This document shows positions 43,555-52,701 of a stretch of DNA of 63,535 nt, piece after piece. Position 1 is the first letter of the stretch. The number at the start of each line of letters is the position of its first letter. Made by a program: the position numbers and the translations under genes. The notes below the pieces were generated by a model that searched no databases, was not told the origin of the DNA, and saw only the letters and a program-made list of their open reading frames with translations. Source of the DNA: Eubacteriales bacterium (lineage in GTDB: Bacteria; Bacillota; JASUSC01); contig JASUSC010000001.1 of assembly GCA_030446285.1 (NCBI GenBank), positions 1 to 63,535 of the forward strand. The letters run 5' to 3'.

Positions 43555-44648
43555 AGACGCGAATTATTCCTTTTTTTATTCCCCATGCCGGCTGTCCTTA
43601 CCGTTGTGTCTACTGTGACCAGCGCGTTATCACTTCCCAGGAGGGACAGGTGCGGGGAGAAGACGTGGCTCGCACCATTGCCGAGTACCTGGCGACAGGG
43701 GGAGAAGAGGGACGCTGGGAAGTGGCGTTCTACGGTGGGAGTTTTACCGCCCTTCCTCCTTCTAAGCAAAGGGAATTGCTCCTGCCGGCTTTCCGGGCTC
43801 TCCAGGAAGGTAGGATCGAGGCTATTCGCATTTCTACTCGTCCTGACTGTTTGGATGAAGAGCGGCTGGCTCTCCTCATGGCTTACGGCGTTACCCTGGT
43901 TGAGTTAGGGGTTCAGTCCATGGACGACCGGGTTCTGCGTCTGGCCGGGCGGGGACACACGGCAGCGGCGGTAGTGGAAGCGGCGACCCTCCTCCGCTCC
44001 TGGGGATTTGAGTGGGGGGCTCAGCTCATGCCCGGGTTGCCCGGGGCAGGACCAGCTTCTGATCTTTTTACTGCCCGCCAGATAGCTGCCCTGGAGCCAG
44101 ACGTGGTCCGCATTTATCCCGCCGTGGTCCTGGCGGGGACGGAGCTGCACCGCATGCTGGAAAAAGGGAAGTACAAGCCCCTTTCCCTAAAAGAGGCTGT
44201 GGAGCGGACGGTGGAAATGCGTCTTATCTTTGAGGAGAGAGGGATTCCTGTTATCAGGACCGGCCTTCAGGAAAGTCCTGGGTTGGCGGCCAAGGTGGTG
44301 GCCGGACCTTATCATCCGGCCTTTGGGGAGCTTGTCGAAGGAGAGATTTATTTCCGCCAGGTGGATTATTACCTGGAGAAAATAGTGCAGGGAGGTATTT
44401 CCTGCCGGAAAATAAAGGTGGCCGTAAATCCACAGGAAGTTTCCAAGGCAATAGGCCACGGCAGGAGCAACCTCCGACGCTGGCAGGAAAAAAGAGGGAT
44501 CCAGGTGGAAGTGGTGGGGAGGGAAGAGGTGGAAGCTGGGAATATGGTTTTTCTTGCCGTCGATGATGAGAAGGTAAAGGTGGAAGTGAAACGGCAGGAC
44601 TTCATCAAGGCCTGTCGGGAAAAGGAGAAAGAGCGAAAGAAGGAGTAG
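43551..44648 (+). CDS. radical SAM protein (ELP3-like/COG1243-type)
   Basis: FIPHAGCPYRCVYCDQ (CxxxCxxC). The start overlaps the rnc stop. Confidence 0.75.
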   Translation: MKTRIIPFFIPHAGCPYRCVYCDQRVITSQEGQVRGEDVARTIAEYLATGGEEGRWEVAFYGGSFTALPPSKQRELLLPAFRALQEGRIEAIRISTRPDCLDEERLALLMAYGVTLVELGVQSMDDRVLRLAGRGHTAAAVVEAATLLRSWGFEWGAQLMPGLPGAGPASDLFTARQIAALEPDVVRIYPAVVLAGTELHRMLEKGKYKPLSLKEAVERTVEMRLIFEERGIPVIRTGLQESPGLAAKVVAGPYHPAFGELVEGEIYFRQVDYYLEKIVQGGISCRKIKVAVNPQEVSKAIGHGRSNLRRWQEKRGIQVEVVGREEVEAGNMVFLAVDDEKVKVEVKRQDFIKACREKEKERKKE

Positions 44649-44761
44649 GTTCTCCTGGCTAAGGGAAGGATGGATGGGGCCAGCCGGGAAAATTCCTTGC
44701 CAAAGGATGGGCAAAAGTGGTATATTGTAAGTATAGCGAAAAGGGTTGAGGAGGGGCGGCA

Positions 44762-45022
44762 ATGGAGCGGGGTTCTTTTGACAAAACCATGCAGTTTCAG
44801 GCCATCCGGGACGAGAAAAATGAAGCCCGGGAGATTTTGCGGGAAGTGTACGAGGCTCTCAAGGAGAAAGGGTACAACCCCATTAACCAGTTAGTGGGGT
44901 ACCTTTTGTCCGGGGACCCTGCTTACATTACCAGCCACCGCAATGCCCGCAGTTTAATCCGTAAATTAGAGCGGGACGAACTTTTAGAGGAGCTGGTACG
45001 GAGCTATCTGGAAAGGCAATAA
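44762..45022 (+). CDS. ireB: IreB family regulatory phosphoprotein (UPF0297)
   Basis: [48 protein letters not shown]. Confidence 0.88.
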   Translation: MERGSFDKTMQFQAIRDEKNEAREILREVYEALKEKGYNPINQLVGYLLSGDPAYITSHRNARSLIRKLERDELLEELVRSYLERQ

Positions 45023-45073
45023 AAAGACCACAACAGGCCGTCAGGCCTGTTTATTGTTTGGGAGGGGAAAAAA

Positions 45074-46024
45074 TTGGAGTACCGGGTCCTTGGCCGGACG
45101 GGGCTTACCGTTTCCCGGCTTTGTTTTGGGGCTTTAACCATCGGACCTCTGCAGGCTTCCCTGCCGCTTAAAGAAGGAGCAGCGGTGATCCGGCACGCCC
45201 TAGAGCGGGGGATTAATTTTATTGATACGGCGGAACTGTACGAAACTTATCCCTATATCCGTCTGGCGGTAGGAAAGGAGTTCAAAGAGCGAGTAATCAT
45301 CGCCACCAAATCTTACGCCTACACAGCAGCGATGATGGAAAAGAGCTTGCAGACGGCCCTGACTGAACTGAACCGGGACTACATCGATATTTTCCTCCTC
45401 CACGAGCAGGAGTCGGAGCACACGCTGGCCGGGCATCGGGAGGCGCTGGAGTACCTGCTGCGGGCCAAGGAAAAAGGTCTGGTGCGGGCGGTGGGTATTT
45501 CCACCCATACTGTGGCAGGAGTGAGGGCTTTTCTCCTTTACCCGGAGTTGGATGTGCTTCACCCTATGGTCAATATGGCCGGAATTGGGATTAAAGACGG
45601 AACGCTGGCGGACATGCTTGCCCTGCTGCGTCGGGTAAAAGAACGGGGAGCGGGAATTTACGGGATGAAGCCCTTGGGCGGCGGACACCTCATCCGGCGC
45701 TGGCGGGAAGCCATGGAATTTGTGCTGGGACTGCCGGAACTGGATGCAGTGGCCGTGGGAATGAAGAGTAGGGCGGAAGTGGATTTGAACGTGGCTTTGG
45801 TGGAAGGACGGGAGATTGACCCGAAGCTTAAGGCGGAGGTTGCTGCCGCCGAGCGCAGGTTGCAGGTGGAAGATTGGTGTTGTGGCTGCGGTCGCTGTGT
45901 GGAAAAGTGTCCCCAGGGGGCACTGCGAGTCGAGGAAGGCAGGGCCAAGGTGGCGGCGGAGAAATGTGTTCTCTGCGGGTACTGTGGTTCCGCGTGCCCG
46001 GAATTCTGTATAAAAATCATTTGA
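45074..46024 (+). CDS. aldo/keto reductase fused to a C-terminal 2x[4Fe-4S] ferredoxin domain
   Basis: AKR N-terminus (YRVLGRTGLTVSRLCFG, INFIDTAELY) and a C-terminal CCGCGRCVEKCP ... CVLCGYCGSACP. Confidence 0.8.
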   Translation: MEYRVLGRTGLTVSRLCFGALTIGPLQASLPLKEGAAVIRHALERGINFIDTAELYETYPYIRLAVGKEFKERVIIATKSYAYTAAMMEKSLQTALTELNRDYIDIFLLHEQESEHTLAGHREALEYLLRAKEKGLVRAVGISTHTVAGVRAFLLYPELDVLHPMVNMAGIGIKDGTLADMLALLRRVKERGAGIYGMKPLGGGHLIRRWREAMEFVLGLPELDAVAVGMKSRAEVDLNVALVEGREIDPKLKAEVAAAERRLQVEDWCCGCGRCVEKCPQGALRVEEGRAKVAAEKCVLCGYCGSACPEFCIKII

Positions 46025-46045
46025 AGGGAGAATAATTTTCTGGAG

Positions 46046-46495
46046 ATGAAAGAAGGGCGTTATTTAGGGCTGGATGTGGGAGAAAAAACCATCGGTGTTG
46101 CTGTCAGCGACCCCCTGGGCTGGACGGCTCAGGGACTCTTAACCATCAAACGAAAGGGACGCGATGAGGATTTCAGCCGTTTGCGGGAGATAATTGTCCA
46201 GCAAAACGTTAAAGCTATTGTGGTAGGGCTGCCCCGGAATATGAACGGGAGCGACAGCGAGCAGACGGAGAAGGTGCGCCGGTTTATCCAGGAGCTGAGG
46301 GAGGAGTTTGCCCTACCGGTTTATCCCTGGGATGAACGCCTGACAACGGTGGCGGCGGAAAAACTCCTTTTGGAGGCGGATATGAGCCGCCGGCGGAGGA
46401 AGCAGGTGGTGGACAAAATGGCGGCGGTGCTGATCCTGCAGGGATTTCTCGATTCCCGGCGGGGGTCCCAGGGGTTTGGAAACGAAGAAAATTGA
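46046..46495 (+). CDS. ruvX: Holliday junction resolvase-like RuvX/YqgF
   Basis: YLGLDVGEKTIGVAVSD, VVGLPRNMNGS, DERLTT. Confidence 0.9.
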   Translation: MKEGRYLGLDVGEKTIGVAVSDPLGWTAQGLLTIKRKGRDEDFSRLREIIVQQNVKAIVVGLPRNMNGSDSEQTEKVRRFIQELREEFALPVYPWDERLTTVAAEKLLLEADMSRRRRKQVVDKMAAVLILQGFLDSRRGSQGFGNEEN

Positions 46496-46573
46496 ATGGA
46501 AAATTGCTGGAAAGCCTTGACAGATGAGAGCCAGGGGGATAAAATACCATTACCGGCATGAGGGGGTGAAAAA

Positions 46574-46867
46574 ATGAATGAAGAATTTGTGGCCAACGAA
46601 ATCGTAACCCTCACCGACGAGGAGGGGAAAGACCACAATTTCCGGCTCCTGGACGTCCTGGAGGTAGACGGAGGAGAATACGCCGTGCTGCTTCCCGTGG
46701 CTGATGAGGACGGGGAAATGGAAGCGGACGAGGCTATTATCCTCAAGTTTGCCAGGGATGAAGAGGGCAACGAAATTCTGCTGGAAATTGAAGACGATGA
46801 AGAATGGGAAAAAGTGGCCGATGCCTGGGTTGCTGCTCAGGAGGAGGAAATGGACGAAGAAGAATAA
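46574..46867 (+). CDS. DUF1292 domain protein
   Basis: Acidic 97-aa protein. IVTLTDEEGKDHNFRLLDVLEVDGGEYAVLLP is typical of the family that follows ruvX in Firmicutes. Confidence 0.8.
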   Translation: MNEEFVANEIVTLTDEEGKDHNFRLLDVLEVDGGEYAVLLPVADEDGEMEADEAIILKFARDEEGNEILLEIEDDEEWEKVADAWVAAQEEEMDEEE

Positions 46868-46892
46868 GCGCCTGCGGGCGCTTATTTTATTT
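46863..46892 (+). terminator. intrinsic terminator
   Basis: AATAAGCGCC-TGCG-GGCGCTTATT followed by a T-rich tail. Confidence 0.8.
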
Positions 46893-46976
46893 GGGTGTGC
46901 CCGGCAGCAGGTACCTCGTTCTAACTTGCTAATTAACCTGCTATATTTATAGCGAAAAAAAAGGGCGGGGATCCGG

Positions 46977-48311
46977 GTGGGCGGCTGGAAAAAAGCGGGG
47001 CTATTGATGCTGGCCTTTGTATTTCTGGCGGCGGTTTTTACCGCAGTTCTTCCTTATCTGGCTGTTTCCGCGCCGGAACGGGTAATAATAGGGGTACGGC
47101 TGGCGGGTAAAGACCTTTCTGCCTGTCGGCGAGAAGAAGTGAAGGCGGCGGTGGTGGAGTGGAAGCAGGAGAGAGAAAGGTTGTGCCTTACCCTGCTTGG
47201 GCCGGCAGGAAGGCGGACGGTGCGGGGAAGGGACCTCGGGCTTACGGTGGATGAGGAGAAGACAGCCGCAGCCGCCTTGGCGGTTGGCCGCCGTGGCCCT
47301 TGGTACCAGCGCTGGTGGTGGCGCCAAAAGGCTTACTGGCGGCGATGTGATGTGCAACCCCTTTTTCATTTCCAGAAGGAAACTCTCGCTCGGATGGCCC
47401 GGGAACTGCAGGGGGACTTGCCGGCTGAACCCCGCGATGCCCGTTTTGTAGAAGTAAAGGGAGAGGTAAAAGTAGAAGGAGAAAGAATCGGTTACCGGCC
47501 GGATCTGACAAAGCTGGTTGCAGAGGTAGAGAGAGCGTTACGGGAGGGAAGAGAAAGGGAGATAAAAATCTCTTATTTACCTCTTTATCCGGAGGTGCGG
47601 GAGGAGAAACTTAGGAGAACCGGAATCAGAGAGCTGGTGGCGGAATATACTACCCGTTTTGATCCTTCCCAAACGGACCGCGTTTACAACATCCGCATGG
47701 CAGCAAAAGCCTTGGACAATTTACTGATTGGGCCGGGAGAAACCATTTCCTTTAACGAAAAAGTAGGACCCAGGGAGGAAGAGAAGGGATACCGCAAAGC
47801 CCCGGTAATTGTCAACGATGAGATTGTCCCGGGAACGGGAGGTGGGGTCTGCCAGGTTTCCAGCACCCTTTACAACGCCGTTCTGTTGGCCGGGCTGGAA
47901 ATTAAAGAGAGAACCTCCCATTCTCTCCCCGTGGCTTATGTTCCACCGGGCCGCGATGCGACGGTGGATTTCGGCCGAATCGATCTGAAGTTTGCCAACC
48001 CAACCCGTTACTGGTTTCTCGTCAAGACACGGGTGGAAGGGGATACCCTCCAGGTTAAAATCTTTGGGCCTCCCGGAACGAGGGAAGAGGTGACCATTTT
48101 TTCCGAGGTGGTGGAAGTAATACCGCCGGAAGTGGTGGTGAAAGTGGAAAAAGGACTGCGTCCTGGAGAGGTTAGGGTGAAGGAGGAAGGGCAGGAAGGG
48201 ATGCGGGTCCGAACCTGGCGAGTGCGACGCCGGGGGAAGGAGGAAATACGGGAAGAACTCCCCCTAAGTTATTACCACCCCCGTCCCCGGATTCTGGTTA
48301 CCGGCAGTTGA
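46977..48311 (+). CDS. VanW family protein
   Basis: N-terminal TM segment; FNEKVGPREEEKGYRKAPVIVNDEIVPGTGGGVCQVSSTLYNA is the VanW core. Confidence 0.85.
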   Translation: MGGWKKAGLLMLAFVFLAAVFTAVLPYLAVSAPERVIIGVRLAGKDLSACRREEVKAAVVEWKQERERLCLTLLGPAGRRTVRGRDLGLTVDEEKTAAAALAVGRRGPWYQRWWWRQKAYWRRCDVQPLFHFQKETLARMARELQGDLPAEPRDARFVEVKGEVKVEGERIGYRPDLTKLVAEVERALREGREREIKISYLPLYPEVREEKLRRTGIRELVAEYTTRFDPSQTDRVYNIRMAAKALDNLLIGPGETISFNEKVGPREEEKGYRKAPVIVNDEIVPGTGGGVCQVSSTLYNAVLLAGLEIKERTSHSLPVAYVPPGRDATVDFGRIDLKFANPTRYWFLVKTRVEGDTLQVKIFGPPGTREEVTIFSEVVEVIPPEVVVKVEKGLRPGEVRVKEEGQEGMRVRTWRVRRRGKEEIREELPLSYYHPRPRILVTGS

Positions 48312-48405
48312 GAGGTTGTGGTAAAAGTAGGCGGGATTTTGGGGCAAGAAGGGGGAAAGTTTTGCATAAGTATTATGGTAGGAAAAAAGGACGGGGGGTA
48401 TAGGG

Positions 48406-49137
48406 ATGAAGAAAATAGTTATCGCAGGGCGGAATGATTCCGGGAAATCTACGGTGCTGGGGGAAATTTACCGGGGGCTCAAAAACAGGAATTTTCAGCC
48501 GCTGGCGGTGGGATCCGGTGTCCAAGATGAAAAGCCATACCTTTTAAAAGGCATAGAACACATCTATTTAACTATTGCACCGCCCAACCCCGGGGAGGAT
48601 GTGGTCAGGGACATTGACCGGGTTATACGTAACGCCGTCAATGTGATCCGGGAGAAGAACAACCTCATTCAGCACGCCCGCCGGGCTCTGGACGAGTTGA
48701 ACAAAGTCCGGTCGGTGCTGGAGTTAGGGCATCTTTCTCAGAAGGATATTCCCAAAATGGCCACTCTCCCCGATGTGGTTCTCATCGAAGCGGTGGGGAT
48801 TAACGACGGCTACAAGTCTAAAGAAACCCGGGAAATGGCCGACATCTTAATTTCAGTAGTACCGGCGGATATTAAAAATGAAATTATCATGGAGCCCGGG
48901 AATGTTCTTCTCGATCAGGCCGACATTATTGTCGTAACCAAGATTGACATCGTCCCCCGCAACGTTACCCAGACCACGGTAAAACTGTTGCAGCGGATCT
49001 TTCCCCACAAACTCGTTTTTCCGGTGGTGGCGACGGACGGCGTTCATATGGATATGGTGGTGGACGAAGTGGTGCGACGGCTTACCGACCCGGTGTTGCT
49101 TCTGGAGCAGCAGGAGGATTCTCAGGCAGAAAATTGA
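48406..49137 (+). CDS. P-loop NTPase, divergent G3E/SIMIBI-like GTPase (uncharacterised)
   Basis: Walker A GRNDSGKST, an ExxG-type Walker B (VVLIEAVGINDG) and a TKID ([NT]KxD-like) motif. There are no Cys residues in the 243 aa. Confidence 0.6.
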   Translation: MKKIVIAGRNDSGKSTVLGEIYRGLKNRNFQPLAVGSGVQDEKPYLLKGIEHIYLTIAPPNPGEDVVRDIDRVIRNAVNVIREKNNLIQHARRALDELNKVRSVLELGHLSQKDIPKMATLPDVVLIEAVGINDGYKSKETREMADILISVVPADIKNEIIMEPGNVLLDQADIIVVTKIDIVPRNVTQTTVKLLQRIFPHKLVFPVVATDGVHMDMVVDEVVRRLTDPVLLLEQQEDSQAEN

Positions 49138-49210
49138 CTTTTTTCTTTGCCTTCCCCATCCTGCGGTTTTATAATGGTAGTGATAGTCAGGAAAAGGATG
49201 GGGAATTTTC

Positions 49211-50242
49211 ATGTTTTCGTTGCGGGGATGGCGCCAAGGGCCGGTTTTGCCGGTAAAAGGATTGCTAATTTTTTTCCTCCTGCTCGGGGTGATTTTAGGA
49301 GGTACTTACCTTTACCTGAGGGCGCCGGTAGATAGGGAGGCTAAAACTAAGGTTGTCTTGATTTCTCCCGGCCAGGGACTGGGAGAGACGGCGACGACGC
49401 TGAAAAAAGAAGGGATTATTAGAAGTGAGCTGCTCTTTCTCTACCTGGCAAAACAGCGAGGGCTGGAAGGGAAGCTCCGACCTGGGGAGTACCGGCTGAG
49501 CGGCGCCATGCCTCTTGAAGAAGTGGTACGGATCTTGGCAGAAGGACGGCAGGTGCAGTACCGGGTGACCATTCCTGAAGGTTATACCCTCATGCAAATT
49601 GCCGAACTGCTGGACAAAAAAGGGCTGGCGGATAAAGAGCGGTTTCTACAGGTGGCGGCCACGGCGGACTTCGATTATCCCTTTTTGCAGGGGGTGCCCG
49701 CCGGAGAAAAAAGGTTAGAGGGCTATCTCTTTCCCGACACCTATTTCTTCACCCGCACGATGGGGGAGAAGGCTATTATCAACACTATGCTGAAACGCTT
49801 TGCCCGGGAGCTGACTCCCGATTTTCAGAGCAAACTGGCAAAGAGCGGTCTTACCCTTCACCAGGCGGTAACCTTAGCTTCTATTATCGAGCGGGAAGCC
49901 AAAAAGCCGGAGGACCGGCCTCTGGTTTCAGCCGTTTTTCACAACCGGTTGAAAAAGGGGATGAAATTAGAATCCTGTGCCACCGTGCAGTACGTTTTAG
50001 GGCCGCCGGTGAAAAAAGTGCTGAGTAAAAAGGACATCAGCATCGATTCCCCCTACAATACTTACAAGTATCCCGGACTACCGCCGGGTCCCATCAGCAA
50101 CCCCGGTCGTGCTTCCTTGCTGGCTGCGGTGGAACCGGCGCCGGTGGACTATCTTTACTTTGTGGCTCGGCCCGACGGCTACAACGAGTTTTCGACTACT
50201 TTTGCCCAGCACGAGGCGGCAAAGAAAAAGTATCTCCCGTAA
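49211..50242 (+). CDS. mltG: endolytic transglycosylase MltG (YceG-like)
   Basis: N-terminal TM segment, VTIPEGYTL, LASIIEREA, YNTYKYPGLPPGPISNPG. Confidence 0.9.
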   Translation: MFSLRGWRQGPVLPVKGLLIFFLLLGVILGGTYLYLRAPVDREAKTKVVLISPGQGLGETATTLKKEGIIRSELLFLYLAKQRGLEGKLRPGEYRLSGAMPLEEVVRILAEGRQVQYRVTIPEGYTLMQIAELLDKKGLADKERFLQVAATADFDYPFLQGVPAGEKRLEGYLFPDTYFFTRTMGEKAIINTMLKRFARELTPDFQSKLAKSGLTLHQAVTLASIIEREAKKPEDRPLVSAVFHNRLKKGMKLESCATVQYVLGPPVKKVLSKKDISIDSPYNTYKYPGLPPGPISNPGRASLLAAVEPAPVDYLYFVARPDGYNEFSTTFAQHEAAKKKYLP

Positions 50243-50299
50243 ACTTTGCGACAAATTTGGCAAAATAAAGCTAAAAAAGACGAAGGGGAGGTATAGCGG

Positions 50300-51541
50300 G
50301 TGGACAGGCCGGTACCGGAACTGGTAGCTCCGGCAGGGGATTTGGAAAAACTCAAATTTGCCGTTGTTTACGGAGCCGACGCCGTGTATTTGGGCGGGAA
50401 AGAATTTGGGCTGCGGGCCCGAGCGGGCAATTTTACTTTAGAAGAGATGGCTTTAGGGGTTGGTTTTGCCCACCGGCGGGGGAAAAGGGTGTACGTCACC
50501 GTCAACATTTTTGCCCGTAACCGCCATTTGGACGGGCTCCCTGCTTATCTCCGGGAACTGGCACGGCTGGGAGTTGACGGAGTCATCGTAGCCGATCCCG
50601 GGGTACTGGAATTGGTGCGGGAAGAGGCGCCCGGTCTGGAGATTCACCTTTCTACCCAGGCTAATACCACCAACTGGCGTAGCTTACGTTTCTGGGCCCG
50701 CCAGGGGGTAAAAAGGGTGGTTTTGGCCCGAGAGCTGACTTTGGAGGAAATTGCCGAAATTCACCGGCTGGTGCCGGGGGTAGAGCTGGAGGTTTTTGTT
50801 CATGGCGCTATGTGCATTTCCTACTCCGGCCGCTGTCTGTTGAGCAGTGTGATGACGGGACGCAGCGCCAATTTGGGAGAATGTGCCCAGCCTTGCCGCT
50901 GGTCCTATGCTTTAGTGGAAGAAAAAAGACCGGGCCAGTTTTTCCCGGTGGAGGAAGATGAAAGAGGCACTTATGTTTTCAACTCCAGCGACCTCTGCAT
51001 GGTGGAACACCTGGACCGGCTTTATGCGGCCGGCGTCAGAGCTTTAAAAATAGAAGGGCGGGTAAAAAGTATCCACTATGTGGCGACGGTCACCGGGGTT
51101 TACCGGCGAGCCCTGGATCTTTTGGCCCGGGATCCGGAAAATTACCGCTGTCTGCCGGAATTACTGCAGGAACTGGAGAAGGTCAGCCACCGACCTTATA
51201 CCACCGGCTTTTTCTTTTCGGAACGGGCGGAGATGAGTGTCAATCCCGTAAGCTCCGTTTACCGCCGGGCTTATGATTTCACCGGTTTTGTCCGTTATTA
51301 TGATCACCGGGCAGGCTTGGCTCTGGTGGAGCAGCGGGGTGTTTTTGCCGCCGGGGAAGAAGCGGAGGTGCTAACCCCGGCGGGAGAAGTGATTTCCTGC
51401 CGGGTGGAAGAAATTCTCGATCCGGACGGAAGACCGATGGAACGGGCTCCCCATCCCCGGCAGTGGGTATGGGTGGGGGGGATGCCGCCTGTTCCTCCTT
51501 ACAGTATCCTGCGCCGACCGGCCGGAGGCGGAGAAAAATGA
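50300..51541 (+). CDS. peptidase U32 family protein
   Basis: PELVAPAGDLEKLKFAVVYGADAVYLG, HGAMCISYSGRCLLS. GTG start. Confidence 0.88.
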   Translation: MDRPVPELVAPAGDLEKLKFAVVYGADAVYLGGKEFGLRARAGNFTLEEMALGVGFAHRRGKRVYVTVNIFARNRHLDGLPAYLRELARLGVDGVIVADPGVLELVREEAPGLEIHLSTQANTTNWRSLRFWARQGVKRVVLARELTLEEIAEIHRLVPGVELEVFVHGAMCISYSGRCLLSSVMTGRSANLGECAQPCRWSYALVEEKRPGQFFPVEEDERGTYVFNSSDLCMVEHLDRLYAAGVRALKIEGRVKSIHYVATVTGVYRRALDLLARDPENYRCLPELLQELEKVSHRPYTTGFFFSERAEMSVNPVSSVYRRAYDFTGFVRYYDHRAGLALVEQRGVFAAGEEAEVLTPAGEVISCRVEEILDPDGRPMERAPHPRQWVWVGGMPPVPPYSILRRPAGGGEK

Positions 51542-51765
51542 GGGAAGAAGGACCGTCTTTCCGCGTGCGCCTCCAGCCCCAGGATATGGTCTACTTGGAC
51601 TATATCTTTGAAGGTTATGAAGGACTGGGACTGGTGACCCTTGTTCCCGGCCGACGGCGGGGGGAGGCCATCATTCACGTGACCCCGGAAACGGCAGGGG
51701 AAGTGGAAAAGATCCTCCTTTCCTTTCCCCGACCCCTAAAGATAGTTTACAGGCCCGGTCCGTAA
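51538..51765 (+). CDS. DUF4911 domain protein
   Basis: 75-aa ORF overlapping the U32 stop. DYIFEGYEGLGLVT is typical of the small partner found after U32 peptidase genes. Confidence 0.65.
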   Translation: MREEGPSFRVRLQPQDMVYLDYIFEGYEGLGLVTLVPGRRRGEAIIHVTPETAGEVEKILLSFPRPLKIVYRPGP

Positions 51766-52547
51766 GCCTGCCGGTAGATTTCTTCCAGTTCGCCGATGAG
51801 GGGGAAGCGAGGATTGGGAATGGTGCACTGGTCGGCGAAGGCTCTTTCGACCATAATGGGGTTTTTGCGCCGGAATTCTTCCTTGTCGATCCCGCATTCG
51901 GCGATGGTGCGGGGCATGTCCAGTCTTGCCATCAACTCCTCGATAGCCTTGATGAGACTGCTAACTCCTTCAGCTACCGCTCCTGCCGGCAGACCTAAGT
52001 AACGGGCGATTTCCCGGTATTTTTCCGGGGCTTTGTAGTATTCGTACTTGGCGTAGGAGTGAATTTGCTGGGCAGGCCGGCGTTGTAGACGATGACGTGA
52101 GGCAGAAGGATGGCGTTGGCCCGGCCGTGGGGGATGTGGAACTTCCCGCCTAATTTGTGGGCTGAGTTGGGGTATTTGTAGGTGCGTTTGCGAATGTCCT
52201 GAAACTTGAGTTTGAGGGATTCAAATTCCACGCCCGGCCCCACGACCAGGGCGGGTTTGCCGGCGCTATAGGCGGCCTGCACCATGGAGGAACCGCCGCG
52301 GGCCAGAATAAGGCTGACGCCGGGCTGAGCCATGAGATAGCGGGAGGCTTCTTGCGAAGGATTTTCCAGCCAGCCGATGCAGTGGTCCGGTGCGTCTGCT
52401 TCCCGCGTGTTTATCCGACGCAGCCAGAGCCATGGCCTGAACGATGTGGTCTACATTTTCTTGCGTGAGACAGTGGAACTGTTCATGGGCCTCCCAGGCT
52501 CTTTCCACCAGTTGATCTATATCCTTCCCGGAAATCCACGGCTGTTC
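51747..52547 (-). pseudogene. adhE: bifunctional aldehyde/alcohol dehydrogenase (AdhE) wreck
   Basis: Four AdhE blocks survive in about 0.8 kb instead of ~2.6 kb, in different frames: the N-terminus DIDQLVERAWEAHEQFHCLTQENVDHIVQAMALAASD; the ALDH block DAPDHCIGWLENPSQEASRYLMAQPGVSLILARGGSSMVQAAYSAGKPALVVGPG; the Fe-ADH block FHIPHGRANAILLPHVIVYNA; and the C-terminus ..AFADQCTIPNPRFPLIGELEEIYRQAY. Confidence 0.8.
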
Positions 52548-52701
52548 CTCCCCTGCTCAGTTTTTCTTCTCCTAATTTTTCCTGCTGTCCGCCGTGTTTT
52601 TGCACTCAAGGAAAAGGCCGGCCTGACGCCGGCTTTTGGGCAGAAGAATAAGAGGGAAGAAAAAAGGAAAAAATTTATGAAAAAACTACGGAGGTAGGGG
52701 G

